Positions 32,517 through 42,967 of a DNA stretch of 64,000 bases are shown here, piece by piece. The DNA lies in NCBI GenBank assembly GCA_963764725.1, contig CAVXTM010000011.1, positions 128,001 through 192,000 of the forward strand. The letters run 5' to 3'. Positions within the stretch are counted from its first letter, which is position 1. Every line of letters starts with the position of its first letter. This DNA is from an uncultured Gammaproteobacteria bacterium (GTDB taxonomy: Bacteria; Pseudomonadota; Gammaproteobacteria; JACCXJ01). Made by a program: the position numbers and the translations under genes. Under the pieces are notes generated by a model. It was not told where the DNA came from, searched no databases, and saw only the letters and a program-made list of their open reading frames with translations.

Positions 32517-33041
32517 GTGGCTTCCAGCGGTGCTGCTGCGTTTATCGACCCGGCTACGGACTTCGCCGATGGCTTGCGGGTGCTCTACGCCTACCATGAG
32601 AGTTTTATTCTCCAGGGACAGCGGCTGCTCGCAATGGCCGAGGCTATTAGCCAACGGGGTGTAGGTGAAGAGACGGCGGCCGAGGCCGTCCGACTCGCCG
32701 CCTACTACGAGGGGACCACGCACCTACACCACCAAGACGAAGAGCGGGCCTTGTTCCCGTTCATCGTCAACAAGTCATTCTTGACCGATGGCATGATCGA
32801 GCGTCTGGCACTGGACCACGAGGAGATCGACGAGCACTGGGCAAAGCTCAACGAGCTCTTGCGCGCCCCCGAAAAAATCGCCGATCCCGCGCGCTTCTTA
32901 GAACTCGCGGCGCGCTTCGACAAAAGTCTGAAGACGCATATCGAGCGCGAGAACCTGGATTTTTTTCCGATCCTTGAAAACATGCTTTCGCTCCAACAGC
33001 TTGCCAGGATCGGTCAGCGGATGGCGCGGTTACGGGAATAA
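32517..33041 (+). CDS. Hemerythrin-domain protein
   Basis: H..HHQDEE..LFP..H..HIEREN..FFP. Confidence 0.85.
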   Translation: MASSGAAAFIDPATDFADGLRVLYAYHESFILQGQRLLAMAEAISQRGVGEETAAEAVRLAAYYEGTTHLHHQDEERALFPFIVNKSFLTDGMIERLALDHEEIDEHWAKLNELLRAPEKIADPARFLELAARFDKSLKTHIERENLDFFPILENMLSLQQLARIGQRMARLRE

Positions 33042-33133
33042 CCGCAATCTACGCACGCATCCTCGCGTCATGGTTCGATATCGTGCGCGCTACGCGGGTC
33101 GTGCAAGACCCGAAACGAACGGCGTCCGATGAT

Positions 33134-33161
33134 AAGCCGCCGCCCCTAAAGGCGGCGGCTT
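33134..33161. terminator. Probable bidirectional terminator
   Basis: AAGCCGCCGCC-loop-GGCGGCGGCTT between convergent genes. Confidence 0.75.
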
Positions 33162-33213
33162 CGATCCTTTACAGGTGGGTGATACCGCCCGCGGCGGATC
33201 CCTACCTCAAGCT

Positions 33214-33789
33214 TTAGGGATTGACGGTGATCGTCCCGTTCATCCCTCCAGGTCCACCGTGTACTACACAGTGATAAGGGAAGGTTCCCGCACTATTGAA
33301 GGTATGGCTGAATTGCGTCGGCGGCGGCATCCGTGCGGCTGGGTTACCTCCTCGACTATCGAACTGCGCGCCCGCGTTGCCTGCCCCAAAGTCACCGCTC
33401 GTTACCGTGTGGGGAGTCTGTCCTTGCTGGTGGTCCCAGGTTACCGTATCGCACCGATTGATCGTTAAGCTAGGCGGCATAAATTGGAAACTACTCATAA
33501 CCACCGTATGGGTAGCGCACACCACGGTAGGCGTCGGTGTCACCGTAGGTGTCGGCGAAACCGTGGGCGTGGGCGTCACCGTAGGCGTGGGTGTCACAGT
33601 AGGCGTGGGTGTGACAGTAGGCGTGGGTGTCACAGTAGGCGTGGGTGTCACAGTAGGCGTGGGTGTCACGGTGGGCGTCGGTGTCGGTTTCTGTTCATAG
33701 GGTGGTTGAGGTGACTCGCATGCCGCCAGTGATAAAGCTAGAAACCCGCCCATTAACAAGATCGAGATGATGCTGTTCTTATGGTGCAT
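33214..33789 (-). CDS. Cupredoxin (plastocyanin/amicyanin-like) lipoprotein with Pro/Thr linker
   Basis: LAA-C lipobox, (TVTPTP)n, HTVT and YHCVVH....M type-1 Cu ligands; GGAGG RBS. Confidence 0.88.
   Translation of the reverse strand: MHHKNSIISILLMGGFLALSLAACESPQPPYEQKPTPTPTVTPTPTVTPTPTVTPTPTVTPTPTVTPTPTVTPTPTVSPTPTVTPTPTVVCATHTVVMSSFQFMPPSLTINRCDTVTWDHQQGQTPHTVTSGDFGAGNAGAQFDSRGGNPAARMPPPTQFSHTFNSAGTFPYHCVVHGGPGGMNGTITVNP
33523..33684. repeat. 18-bp coding tandem repeat, about 9 copies
   Basis: Unit approximately GTAGGCGTGGGTGTCACA, encoding TVTPTP. Confidence 0.9.
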
Positions 33790-34390
33790 TCTTAACCTCC
33801 GGTAAAGTGTTGTTGTTGTGATCCGTCCCTGCTCCCTGCGATCTCGCATTCCCTTGAAAGATGCTCAGTGTTCCTTGTTCTTGGTCCTTTCGGTCTGAAG
33901 ATAGAAGAGCCTATCAAAACAAGCCGACGCCTTGGCATGTGCCGTTGCACACCGGCCTTGTCCAAGCGTTCCCACTGTGCCCGCCATCGGGGAGTGGGAG
34001 TGTTCGAATGCGATAAGACTATCATATCCGGGCGAGAGATGTTGTGAAATACTTCACAAAAACGTAGGTAAGCTACACGGGCGGCGCGGGCCAGCGTCGA
34101 GGAGGTGAGTCCGAGCGTGAGGTTCGCTCCGTTGCAGAGCAGCATCATGAGCACGAGTAACCCGAGGTTGCCGATCATCGGTACCTCAAAGACGAGGCAC
34201 GCGGCGCAAGGAGGGTGAACCCGCGCCCCTGCGTATGAACCAAGACTGCCGGCCTAAATATCGACTGGTTGGCGCCTTCCAACGCCGATCAGGATAATTG
34301 GACCTAAATTCGATCCGCTACGCGAGCTTGGGATTCAAGACGAAACCCCTGAGCGCGCCGGATAACCCTCCTTTAAACAATTCAATCGCT

Positions 34391-36364
34391 ATGAATTACA
34401 TATTCCAGATCATAACGATCAGCCTGATCTTGCTCAATCTCACGGGCTTGACTCTCGCCGCCAAGCGTTTAACGGAATCCTATGAGCTGGCGAAGATCGC
34501 TGCCCCGGTAGCCCTGTGCCTGGGCATGTTTTTCATCGAACATTTCGTGGGTTTGGGGAGCCTGTTTTGGCTCTGGCCGCTAACGACGGCCGTTTCCGTC
34601 TATTTGGTCGTGACCCGCCACGCCCTGCTTTTCATCCACTGGAAGATCGAGGCTGTATTTATTTTCGGCTTCACTTATGTCCTGCTTTGGCGTTACGCCT
34701 TCCCTGACATTGATCCATCCTCCGAACGTTTGACGAATCTGCACTTTATCGCGAGCTACATGCCAGGGAGCATACTGCCGCCGGTGGATACATGGCTCCC
34801 GCCGTACAAACTCGACTTTTATTATACCTTTCAGCATTACAGCGCGGCGCTCATGGGCCGGCTGTTCGGCCTGGATGCCGGGACTACCTATAATGTCGCC
34901 TTTTGTATCATCTACGCGCTAGCTATTACCGCAGGGGCCACCGCTATTAGCCGTTTTTGCACCAGCAACGGCTCGCGAGCCATAGCCATGGCCGCGCTCG
35001 TACTGGGCGGCAGCGGTGCCTGGCCGTTCGTGCACTTCATGATCGAGGAGCCAAGTCTCTGGTCGAGCATGCGCTTCATTGGCGATGTAGCACAACCTGC
35101 CGAACCCCTGAGCGACTTTGGCAGATGGTTGGTGGACCTGGCGTTCCCACCTCACTTACCCTTGACACATCCACCGGAGAAGTTGCCGACGGAGACCTTC
35201 GGCTATCTGGTATCGTTGGGCGACTACCACGCTCCATTGGGTGGATTTATGTTGCTGACCCTGGCGCTGGCTTGCATCGCACTCCTGCACAAGAAGCCAC
35301 TCGACCGCTCAGCCCTGGCGGTCCTCGTCGCCACCGTCCCCCTAAGCATCATTACCAATACCTGGACCTTTCCGTTGCAAGTCGCGCTGGTGGGGACGTG
35401 GTTTATCTTTCAGCACGCGACCCAGCGATCGTCTGACTGGTCAGTATTGATCGCCGCCGCCGGCGCCTCCGTCTTGCTCATCTACCCACATTTGCGCGGC
35501 TTCGCAATCCAATCGCTGGACTTCAAAGCCAGCGTAAGCCTCGTGCCAGCCCATGAGCACACCCCCTGGGCGATGCTTCTAGTGCTGCACTGGCCTCTGC
35601 TCGGCATCCTGGCGTTCAGCGCTTTTCGGCGCAAGCTCAGCGGGCTCACCTTATATTTCGCGCTAGTGTGGACCGGGCTCTTTCTATTTTCCGAATTTTT
35701 CCATGTTGACGAGCTCTACGAGGGGGAATTCAATCGCTTCAACACGACCCTAAAATGGTGGCCGTGGATCCAAGCGGGCGGCTTGCTGACCCTGGGTGCC
35801 ATGAATCTCTCCTCGCCCTGCCGCGTGTCCCGTTATGGTTCCGCCGTGGTGTTGCTCGCGACCGCAGGTTACGGCTATGACCTTGGCCACCACTGGTTCA
35901 AAACGCCCAAGACGCATTTTGCCCGCCTTGACGGGGCCGCCTGGGTTACCGACGACCCGATAGAGAAAGTCATGCTCGATTTTCTAAAGAACACGGAACC
36001 GGGGATTGTCCTCGAACGCGCCGAGACAGGCTCCTACACCTATGCCCCCGCCATGGCCATTTTTTCGGGACAACGCTCTCTGTTAGGCTGGGTGGATCAC
36101 GAACGCATATGGCGGGGTTATCGTACCGATCTGGCCGCCACGTTTGAGCAGATCGGGAGCTTTTATGCCGGTAAGCTGGCTAATAGCACTGCCTGGCTTT
36201 CGCACAATCAGGTGCGTTACGTGCTCTGGCTGCAGCGAGATAATATCGAGCCCTACGACGCCTTCGATGCCATCCATGCCCAGATCAAGGGTCAATATGA
36301 TTGGAAGGAGTTTTCCGCCGCCGATCGGATCAGGGTCGGTATGTGGGTACGGCGTTTGTTCTGA
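34391..36364 (+). CDS. DUF2298 / YYY-type membrane protein (GT-C-like)
   Basis: SERLTNLHFI..PPVDTWL....DFYY..H, NTWTFP, RFNTTLK, LLGWVDHE..WR. Confidence 0.75.
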   Translation: MNYIFQIITISLILLNLTGLTLAAKRLTESYELAKIAAPVALCLGMFFIEHFVGLGSLFWLWPLTTAVSVYLVVTRHALLFIHWKIEAVFIFGFTYVLLWRYAFPDIDPSSERLTNLHFIASYMPGSILPPVDTWLPPYKLDFYYTFQHYSAALMGRLFGLDAGTTYNVAFCIIYALAITAGATAISRFCTSNGSRAIAMAALVLGGSGAWPFVHFMIEEPSLWSSMRFIGDVAQPAEPLSDFGRWLVDLAFPPHLPLTHPPEKLPTETFGYLVSLGDYHAPLGGFMLLTLALACIALLHKKPLDRSALAVLVATVPLSIITNTWTFPLQVALVGTWFIFQHATQRSSDWSVLIAAAGASVLLIYPHLRGFAIQSLDFKASVSLVPAHEHTPWAMLLVLHWPLLGILAFSAFRRKLSGLTLYFALVWTGLFLFSEFFHVDELYEGEFNRFNTTLKWWPWIQAGGLLTLGAMNLSSPCRVSRYGSAVVLLATAGYGYDLGHHWFKTPKTHFARLDGAAWVTDDPIEKVMLDFLKNTEPGIVLERAETGSYTYAPAMAIFSGQRSLLGWVDHERIWRGYRTDLAATFEQIGSFYAGKLANSTAWLSHNQVRYVLWLQRDNIEPYDAFDAIHAQIKGQYDWKEFSAADRIRVGMWVRRLF

Positions 36365-36410
36365 AATCGTTGTGATGGGGCACGCCTTTTAGAACCCGGC
36401 TGCAAGCAGA

Positions 36411-37424
36411 TCAATCGACCCCGTGGCGTTGAGACTCTCTCAGGACACTTCGGCGTGCGGCGGGTGGAAGATAATCCTTCCAAAGATACAGAGGTCGTCT
36501 TTTGGTTTCGCTAAACATGCGGCCGAGGTATTCACCGATCACACCTAGAAACGTAAGCTGAATGCCCCCCAGGAACAACACGACCACCATTAACGACGGA
36601 TATCCACGGACAGGATCGCCGAAGACCAGGGTCTTATAGACGACCACGATGGCATAAATAAATGCGGCGGCGGCCGTGATCAATCCGAGGTAGGTTGCGA
36701 TCTTCAACGGGGCCACGGTATGCGAGGTGATGCCGTCCAAGGCAAAATTCCACAAACGCCAGTAGTTCCACTTAGTCTTTCCGGCGCAGCGGGGATCGCG
36801 CCGATATAGGACCTCTTTCTGCGGATAGCCGATCCAGCTATACAGCCCCTTCATAAAGCGGTGCTGCTCGCGAAATAGCCCGAGGGACTCCACGGCGCGC
36901 CGGCTAAGCAAACGGAAATCGCCAGTATCTGCCGGGATCTTGACCGGGCTCACCGCTTGGATCAAACGATAAAACACAAACGCAGTGAGCTTCTTTAGCC
37001 AGCTTTCGCCATCTCTGGCACTGCGCCTGCCGTAAACGACGTCGTAACCGTTCCGCCACTCTCTGACGAACTCGGGGATCACCTCCGGCGGGTCTTGCAG
37101 ATCCGCGTCGATGATCACGACGGCCTCGCCGCGCGCATGTTCGAGGCCGGCGCTTATCGCAATCTCTTTCCCGAAATTCCGACTCAAATCCAAAATGGCC
37201 ACGCGGGGATCATGGGCTCGCAATTCGTGCAGGACAGCTAACGTGCCGTCGGTACTGCCGTCGTTAACGTAGATGATTTCCGTCTCTTCGGAGAATCTAT
37301 CGAGTATGGGGGCTAGGCGCTGTTGAAAACGTCTGACCACTTCTTGTTCGTTATAGGCGGGGACTACCACCGACAACAATGGTGGCCTGCCGTTATCCCC
37401 ACCCTGTTCACCGCTCGTCTGCAT
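36411..37424 (-). CDS. GT2 polyprenol-phosphate glycosyltransferase (GtrB-like)
   Basis: VVPAYNE, NDGSTD, SRNFGKE, DADLQDPP, two C-terminal TMs. Confidence 0.93.
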   Translation of the reverse strand: MQTSGEQGGDNGRPPLLSVVVPAYNEQEVVRRFQQRLAPILDRFSEETEIIYVNDGSTDGTLAVLHELRAHDPRVAILDLSRNFGKEIAISAGLEHARGEAVVIIDADLQDPPEVIPEFVREWRNGYDVVYGRRSARDGESWLKKLTAFVFYRLIQAVSPVKIPADTGDFRLLSRRAVESLGLFREQHRFMKGLYSWIGYPQKEVLYRRDPRCAGKTKWNYWRLWNFALDGITSHTVAPLKIATYLGLITAAAAFIYAIVVVYKTLVFGDPVRGYPSLMVVVLFLGGIQLTFLGVIGEYLGRMFSETKRRPLYLWKDYLPPAARRSVLRESQRHGVD

Positions 37425-37566
37425 GGGAGTGCTCTTGAAAGGTCCACCAATAGTTTACCCGCGAAGTTGCATAGCAAGACGACGCCCGTAGTCCCCATTT
37501 TCCGGTACGTTGGTCACAAGGTGGCCTAGGGTAACATAACGCATGGAGCGAGCTTCCACTGCCCAG

Positions 37567-37710
37567 TTGACCAACGGGCCGCGCGCCAGGGTCGGCCGAA
37601 TCATGGAGGTGGACCTGCCGCGCCCACGCAGCCGTGAAATGCTCCTGGAACACCCCAAGTATTACGATCTCAGGGAGAATCTCATCGCCTTCCTCGCCGA
37701 GTATGATGGG
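37567..37710 (+). pseudogene. C-terminal fragment of a nitrate-type ABC ATPase (NrtD/NasD-like)
   Basis: LTNGPRARVGRIMEVDLPRPRSR..LLEHPKYYDLRENLIAFL; no Walker motifs upstream. Confidence 0.7.
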
Positions 37711-37892
37711 CAGTGTCCGGTGAAGTCTGAGGCCGGGCTCCAAGACGCTTACATTCGAAACGGCTCCCGCCGAAGGACCTTGTTATGCGTTCTTACGTAG
37801 GGACTTGGGGTGATCGAAATTTCAAAAAAATGTTCTTGGACCTGGCTTTCGGATATACTGCAAACTCATTCAACCGAAACTGGGTAACCAAC

Positions 37893-38270
37893 ATGACCTA
37901 TAAAAAGACACTGGCCGCACTGGTCGCGGGAACGTTAACCATATTTGGAGTCGGTGCTTATGCACAAAAATCGGTGGCTCCGGTATCTCCGCATCAGACG
38001 GAGGCGCTCAAGCATGCCGAGCAGGCGGTAGCGGCCGGCAAGCAGGGCGACGCCGCTGGGCTCGTCGAGCACGCAGAGGAGGCGAACAAGCATGCCATCA
38101 TGGCCCAAAAGGATTTCAGCAGTTTTAAACTGCAAGAGGCCAGCGGGCACTTGGCTGAAGCCATAACTGCTGGCAAAGCAGGGCAAGCCGATGTCGCCAC
38201 GACCCATGCGGAAGAAGCCGTGAAGGGGCTCAAGTCCGACTACTACCCCGTCGATCCCACCCAACCGTAA
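37893..38270 (+). CDS. smbP: Small metal-binding protein, SmbP-like
   Basis: Signal peptide; heptad His pattern EALKHAEQAVAAGKQGDA..LVEHAEEA..HA..HLAEAI..GK.G.A..AT.HAEEA. Confidence 0.75.
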   Translation: MTYKKTLAALVAGTLTIFGVGAYAQKSVAPVSPHQTEALKHAEQAVAAGKQGDAAGLVEHAEEANKHAIMAQKDFSSFKLQEASGHLAEAITAGKAGQADVATTHAEEAVKGLKSDYYPVDPTQP

Positions 38271-38276
38271 CAGCAA

Positions 38277-38316
38277 CGTAACCACGGCCCGCCCACTCGA
38301 GGGGGCCGTGGTTACG
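38277..38316 (+). terminator. Terminator hairpin
   Basis: CGTAACCACGGCCC ... GGGCCGTGGTTACG 14-bp stem. Confidence 0.75.
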
Positions 38317-38532
38317 GCTTTCAATCGTTCCTCCGTGACCCTATCGGTCAGAGGGCACGGTCCTAGCCCAGGTCGCGCTGGCGGGACAACACGTATACGA
38401 ACTTGTTTCGTTGCCCTTCGACATAGCAAAAAGCCGCCCGGCTCGAATACGATAGGAGTGCGTCAAAAGGCGAGATGGCGCTTCCGGTCTCGTATGTCTA
38501 TTGGGTCGTAATTGCACAGCAACGTAATCTCT

Positions 38533-39543
38533 ATGGCGGCGGAGGACATCACTCTCGGCGTGCTGCTGGTTAATCTGGGCACACCGGAGGCGCCGACGCC
38601 CCGGGCCGTGCGGCGCTACCTGGGCGAGATGCTCTCCGATCCACGGGTGGTCGAGTTACCGCGCCTGCTGTGGTGGCCGATCCTCCACGGCTTTATCTTA
38701 CGCCTGCGGCCACGGCGAAGCGCGCCGGCCTATCGCAGCATATGGACCGATGAGGGATCGCCGCTGCTCGCGGTCACAAAGCGCCAGGCGATCGCGCTCG
38801 AGGCATCGTTGCGTAGCGAACTCGGCACTGGGGTCATGGTCAGCGCCGGGATGCGTTACGGTGATCCGTCCATCAAGGCGGCACTCGATCGACTTCGCGC
38901 CCGCGGCATCAGGCGCCTTCTCGTCTTGCCGCTCTACCCGCAGTATTCCTCGGTCACGACCGGATCGGCCTTCGATGCCGTGGCGGCGGTGCTAAAAACC
39001 TGGCGTTCACTGCCCGAGCTGCGCGTCATTACCGGTTATCACGGCCATCAGGATTATATAGCAGCGCTCGCCGATAGCATCGCCTTAGCCTGGAGGTGCC
39101 GCGATCCGGGGCGCAAATTACTGTTTTCCTTTCATGGTCTGCCGCAAGACTACCATCGCAGCGGGGATCCATATTATTCCCAATGTCTAGAGACCGCGCG
39201 TCTCGTTGCGGCCCGATTAGGTCTGCATTGCGACCGTTGGCTGGCCGCGTTTCAGTCACGTTTCGGCCCGCGTGAATGGCTCCGCCCCTATACCGATCAC
39301 ACCTTGGTGGAGTGGGCGAGGCAGGGATTCGATAACGTGGATGTGGTCTGCCCGGGGTTCGCAGCTGAGTGTCTGGAAACCCTGGAAGAGATCGACCTGC
39401 GTTACCGCAAGGTGTACCTGGACGCAGGCGGGCGGCAGCTTCATTACATCCCGGCGCTAAACGATGGAGCGGGGCACATTACGATGCTCACTAGATTGGT
39501 GCAGACGCACATTCAAGGCTGGCCTGAGCATCGTAGCCCATAG
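38533..39543 (+). CDS. hemH: Ferrochelatase
   Basis: LVNLGTP, GMRYG.P, PLYPQYS, FSFHGLP, FQSRFG, ETLEEI. Confidence 0.95.
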   Translation: MAAEDITLGVLLVNLGTPEAPTPRAVRRYLGEMLSDPRVVELPRLLWWPILHGFILRLRPRRSAPAYRSIWTDEGSPLLAVTKRQAIALEASLRSELGTGVMVSAGMRYGDPSIKAALDRLRARGIRRLLVLPLYPQYSSVTTGSAFDAVAAVLKTWRSLPELRVITGYHGHQDYIAALADSIALAWRCRDPGRKLLFSFHGLPQDYHRSGDPYYSQCLETARLVAARLGLHCDRWLAAFQSRFGPREWLRPYTDHTLVEWARQGFDNVDVVCPGFAAECLETLEEIDLRYRKVYLDAGGRQLHYIPALNDGAGHITMLTRLVQTHIQGWPEHRSP

Positions 39544-39711
39544 GCGACGCGGGACTGCTACGTGCGGTGAAGATCCCGGTGTTTATGCCCGACTCTGCGG
39601 CGCGGCGCCGTCCCCGTAACACAATCGTCACACGGATGCAGCGTGCTCGCAATGTTTGGTACGCATAATGCCCCAAACGAATCCGTAATGGGATATTGCG
39701 AGAGCGCTAAC

Positions 39712-39906
39712 ATGCAAGCGAAACCAGTCGAATACCGAAACCTCTGGCAACAACTCGTGCAAGAGATCGCTGATATTGAAGAGCTGATTGCCGATGCCCG
39801 TAAACCGGAGGATACACAAGCGCTGTGGTCATTGCACTTATTGCAATCCAACCTAAAGTTGAAGCGGCGCCAGCTAAAGCAACACCTCGTCGGCCAACGT
39901 GCCTGA
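39712..39906 (+). CDS. Small coiled-coil hypothetical protein
   Basis: Amphipathic helical 64-aa ORF; weak RBS. Confidence 0.45.
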   Translation: MQAKPVEYRNLWQQLVQEIADIEELIADARKPEDTQALWSLHLLQSNLKLKRRQLKQHLVGQRA

Positions 39907-40170
39907 CGGAGTACGGTAAACCTAAGATCCCGTAAACGTCCGCTGCGCGGCCTGGGCGGCATCGCGCCTCAATAAACCCGCCTCCGGCGGCATGACCGGG
40001 ACGACGCATGCACTGTCGCGACCGGCGCCGAACCGGCTTCGGAATTCATGCCACCAAATGTTGTGAGCCGAGTGTTCACAGCGTAATCTATATTATCAAC
40101 GTAACGATGATCGAGCCGGGTCCATGGCCCGTTGGCTGGGGTCCGGTGTTTTCGGAGGTGTTAGCTTTCC

Positions 40171-40263
40171 GGAGAGGTACCGAAGCGGTCACAACGGCAC
40201 CGACTCGAAATCGGTTGGGGGCTTTGCCGCCCCACGAGGGTTCGAATCCCTCCCTCTCCGCCA
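40171..40263 (+). tRNA. tRNA-Ser(CGA)
   Basis: GGAGAGG/CCTCTCC acceptor stem, ACCGA-CTCGAAA-TCGGT anticodon arm, long variable arm, GGTTCGAATCC, encoded CCA. Confidence 0.97.
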
Positions 40264-40282
40264 ATCAATAGCTTACAAACAT

Positions 40283-41271
40283 TGAGCTAGGCTCGAAAAA
40301 GTGGACGCCATTAATCTGTTAGATTGATTGATGGAGGACCATGATGACAAAGTTACCTCGACAATCGTTCACGCATGAATTTCGTGAACAAGCGGTAAAG
40401 GTGATAGAGGTTGAGCGGCTGTCGATTCCGGAAGCGGCGCGTCGATTAAATCTTTCGGCAACGACCCTGTCGACTTGGGTTTATCGATCACGTGCCGGTC
40501 GGCTCAGTGCGGTTGGCGAGAGCCGCAAGCCGGTCAGTGAGCTGGAAGCGGAGAACACCCGTTTGTGGCGGGAGTTAGCCGAAGCACGACTGGAGCGAGA
40601 TTTACTAAAAAAGGCGGCAGCGTACTTCGCGAGCGAGTCGGTGCGAGGTACGCGTTCATGAAGGCCCACCGAGAAGAGTTTCCCTTGTTATTGATGAGCC
40701 GGATATTGACGGTATCGAAAAGTGGTTACTACGCTTGGCTGAAACGCAAGCTCTCGCAACGGGAGCCAACAATGCGCGTTTAGCGGTAGCGATCCAGGCG
40801 GCACACGAGCGCAGTCGCGGGACCTATGGCCCCGCTACGGCTACAGCCGGAATTGCGTGCTAATGGCTTCAGGGCGGGTCTCGGGCGCATTAAGCGATTA
40901 CGCAAGGTGCTGGGTTTGCGCTGTAAGCAGCATCGCAAATTCAAGGCGACAACCGATTCCAAGCACAGCTTGCCGGTGGCGGAGAATCGGCTCAACCAAG
41001 ACTTTGTCATGTCGCAACCTAACCAAGCTTGGGTCACCGACCTGACCTACATCCCCACAGACGAAGGCTGGCTCTACCTCGCGGCCATCAAAGATCTCTA
41101 CACCTGTGAGATCGTCGGTTATGCGATGGGGGAGCGTATGACGCAGACCTTGGACCGTCAGAGACGGCATTCGAAACTGGGTAATCTCTCACCGGCTACT
41201 TTTGTCCAACAGGCAAAGGTTATCGTAACGAGACCTTAAATGATGGCGTCCACTGTTGACGACCTAGGTCA
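40283..41271 (+). mobile_element. IS3-family element, internally deleted
   Basis: TGAGCTAGG..AGTGGACGCCAT and ATGGCGTCCACT..CCTAGGTCA IRs; orfA 40341-40661 with A6G slippery site; orfB (WVTDLTY..DLY) is frameshifted and lacks the second half of the DDE core. Confidence 0.92.
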
Positions 41272-41478
41272 ATGGATGAGGCTGTTTACGACGGACTCCA
41301 TCGCAAGATAGGGCGGAGGAACATTAGTCGATTCCTGGAATCGCTCGCACGCCCGCATGTCCTTCGACACGACATCGACGAGGCTTACCGCGTCATGGCG
41401 GAAGATGAGGCACGGGAGAGAGAGGCTCTGGAGTGGTCGGAGGGTGTAATCGCGGACAGCGCCCATGACGCGCGGTGA
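41272..41478 (+). CDS. Antitoxin (RHH-like), N-terminus probably clipped by IS3
   Basis: DEAVYDGL..IGRRNISRFLE..YRVMAEDEAREREALEWSE; overlaps the toxin start. Confidence 0.75.
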   Translation: MDEAVYDGLHRKIGRRNISRFLESLARPHVLRHDIDEAYRVMAEDEAREREALEWSEGVIADSAHDAR

Positions 41479-41929
41479 GGTGTGGTGGATTAATTTTGAT
41501 CCCTCTCTCGGTGGCGAGATTCAGAAGACACGACCAGCCGTAATCGTGAGCAACGATGCTTCGAATCGCTACCTGAATCGCCTGCAAGTTGTTCCGATCA
41601 CCCGTAAGGTTGAGCGTCTATATCCGAGTGAGACCTATGTGAACGTGAATGGGGAACGGCGCAAAGCGATGGCCGATCAGATCGCCACGGTCAGCAAACA
41701 ACGACTCAAGGAGCGTTTGGGGCGGCTGACGGTAGATGATATGCGTTTGGTTGAACGGGCAATGCTGGTGCAGCTTGATAGGTGGACAGCACTCATGAGC
41801 CGCCCCTGGTCAATAGACAACGTTTTCTCTAATCACGATTCTTTTAGATCGTTTTTGAAGTGCCCGTCTCTATCAACGGGTAGATACGCATCCCGATCTG
41901 GAGCAGCCACAGCGCGTTGGGCCCGCTGA
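41465..41929 (+). CDS. MazF/PemK toxin, with a probably spurious C-terminal read-through
   Basis: RGEVWWINFDPSLGGEIQKTRPAVIVSND, MADQIATVSK.RL. Confidence 0.9.
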   Translation: MTRGEVWWINFDPSLGGEIQKTRPAVIVSNDASNRYLNRLQVVPITRKVERLYPSETYVNVNGERRKAMADQIATVSKQRLKERLGRLTVDDMRLVERAMLVQLDRWTALMSRPWSIDNVFSNHDSFRSFLKCPSLSTGRYASRSGAATARWAR

Positions 41930-41983
41930 CCTTCGGGTCGGCCGGAACTCGCTGGCGTCGGCCATGCAATTCAGGCCACGCTC

Positions 41984-42110
41984 GCCGGGCTTAACATCAG
42001 GTGCTTTGCATCATGGCATCACGCATCATGCGCACGACCATCGATATTGACGATCCGATCCTGAAAGAGGTCAAGCGGCTCCAGCGGCATGAAGGCAAGT
42101 CGCTTGGCCG
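41984..42110 (+). pseudogene. Truncated duplicate of the promoter and 5' part of the antitoxin at 45191-45318
   Basis: Near-identical ~125 bp (MRTTIDIDDPILKEVKRLQR.EGKSLGR) that ends abruptly. Confidence 0.88.
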
Positions 42111-42257
42111 GATTTTTTCTGTTTCTGTAATACCAAGCAATGACTCCCTTTCCACTTTTTCATGCGCACACGACCCCGCTCGCCAATCCACATGGTTGCA
42201 GCTACCTTACGCAGTACGTATAGTAGACGCGTTTATACGTATAGATCTAATACGAAG

Positions 42258-42479
42258 ATGAAAACGAAACTTACCATCACAATCGATAAAGAGATTTTGC
42301 CTCTGGCGAAACGGTATGCGCGCTCGCAAGGCGTTTCGCTGTCTCAACTCGTTGAAACAACGCTGAGGTCGCTGAGTCGTGAAGAGCAACTCTCGTTTTC
42401 AGCACGATGGAAGGGTAAGTTCGAGCCGGCGAGTCGAGACGACGAGCGCTACCGAACACTGGCCCGGAAATACCTGTGA
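42258..42479 (+). CDS. DUF6364-like antitoxin
   Basis: MKTKLTITID..AKRYAR..GVSLSQLVE. Confidence 0.82.
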   Translation: MKTKLTITIDKEILPLAKRYARSQGVSLSQLVETTLRSLSREEQLSFSARWKGKFEPASRDDERYRTLARKYL

Positions 42480-42883
42480 TTGTCCTTATCGATACAGACA
42501 TTCTCATTGACTTAGCGCTCGATCGCGAACCATACGCTGAGCCAGCTGGACGCTTGCTCGACGCCTTGCAGAACCGCCCAGGCACGGCGTTCATCGCCTG
42601 GCATACGGTGTCGAATTTCTACTACCTCGTGGTTCCTACGCAGGGGCGAGAAAGCTGTAAGGCGTTTTTATCCGATCTCGTTCGGTTCGTCGATGTCGCA
42701 CCAACCACCACCGATAGTTTGCGCTACGCTGCGAAGCTCGCAATGAAGGATTTCGAGGACGCTATGCAGGTCGCTGCCGGGATGGCGTGCCATGCTGACG
42801 TGATCGCTACGCGCAATGTGCGTGATTACGCCAAAGCCCCTTTGCGAGCGACCACCCCTAGAGCGGTATTGGATGAGATGTGA
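42476..42883 (+). CDS. PIN-domain toxin (VapC)
   Basis: LIDTDILID, DFEDAMQ, IATRNVRDY. Confidence 0.9.
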   Translation: MIVLIDTDILIDLALDREPYAEPAGRLLDALQNRPGTAFIAWHTVSNFYYLVVPTQGRESCKAFLSDLVRFVDVAPTTTDSLRYAAKLAMKDFEDAMQVAAGMACHADVIATRNVRDYAKAPLRATTPRAVLDEM

Positions 42884-42967
42884 ACAGCTATCCTCCGCAT
42901 AAGACAATAACGATCGAAGGGCGTCTCAAAATTGTCGCGAGTGGAAAGTAGAGGGTCATAAAGTCGA

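Noticed and set aside
33523-33684. Tandem repeat as a CRISPR array
   Set aside because: No spacers; it is an in-frame coding repeat, and no cas genes are present.
33792-34260. 128-aa minus ORF with a hydrophobic start
   Set aside because: No recognisable family; possibly a gene remnant.
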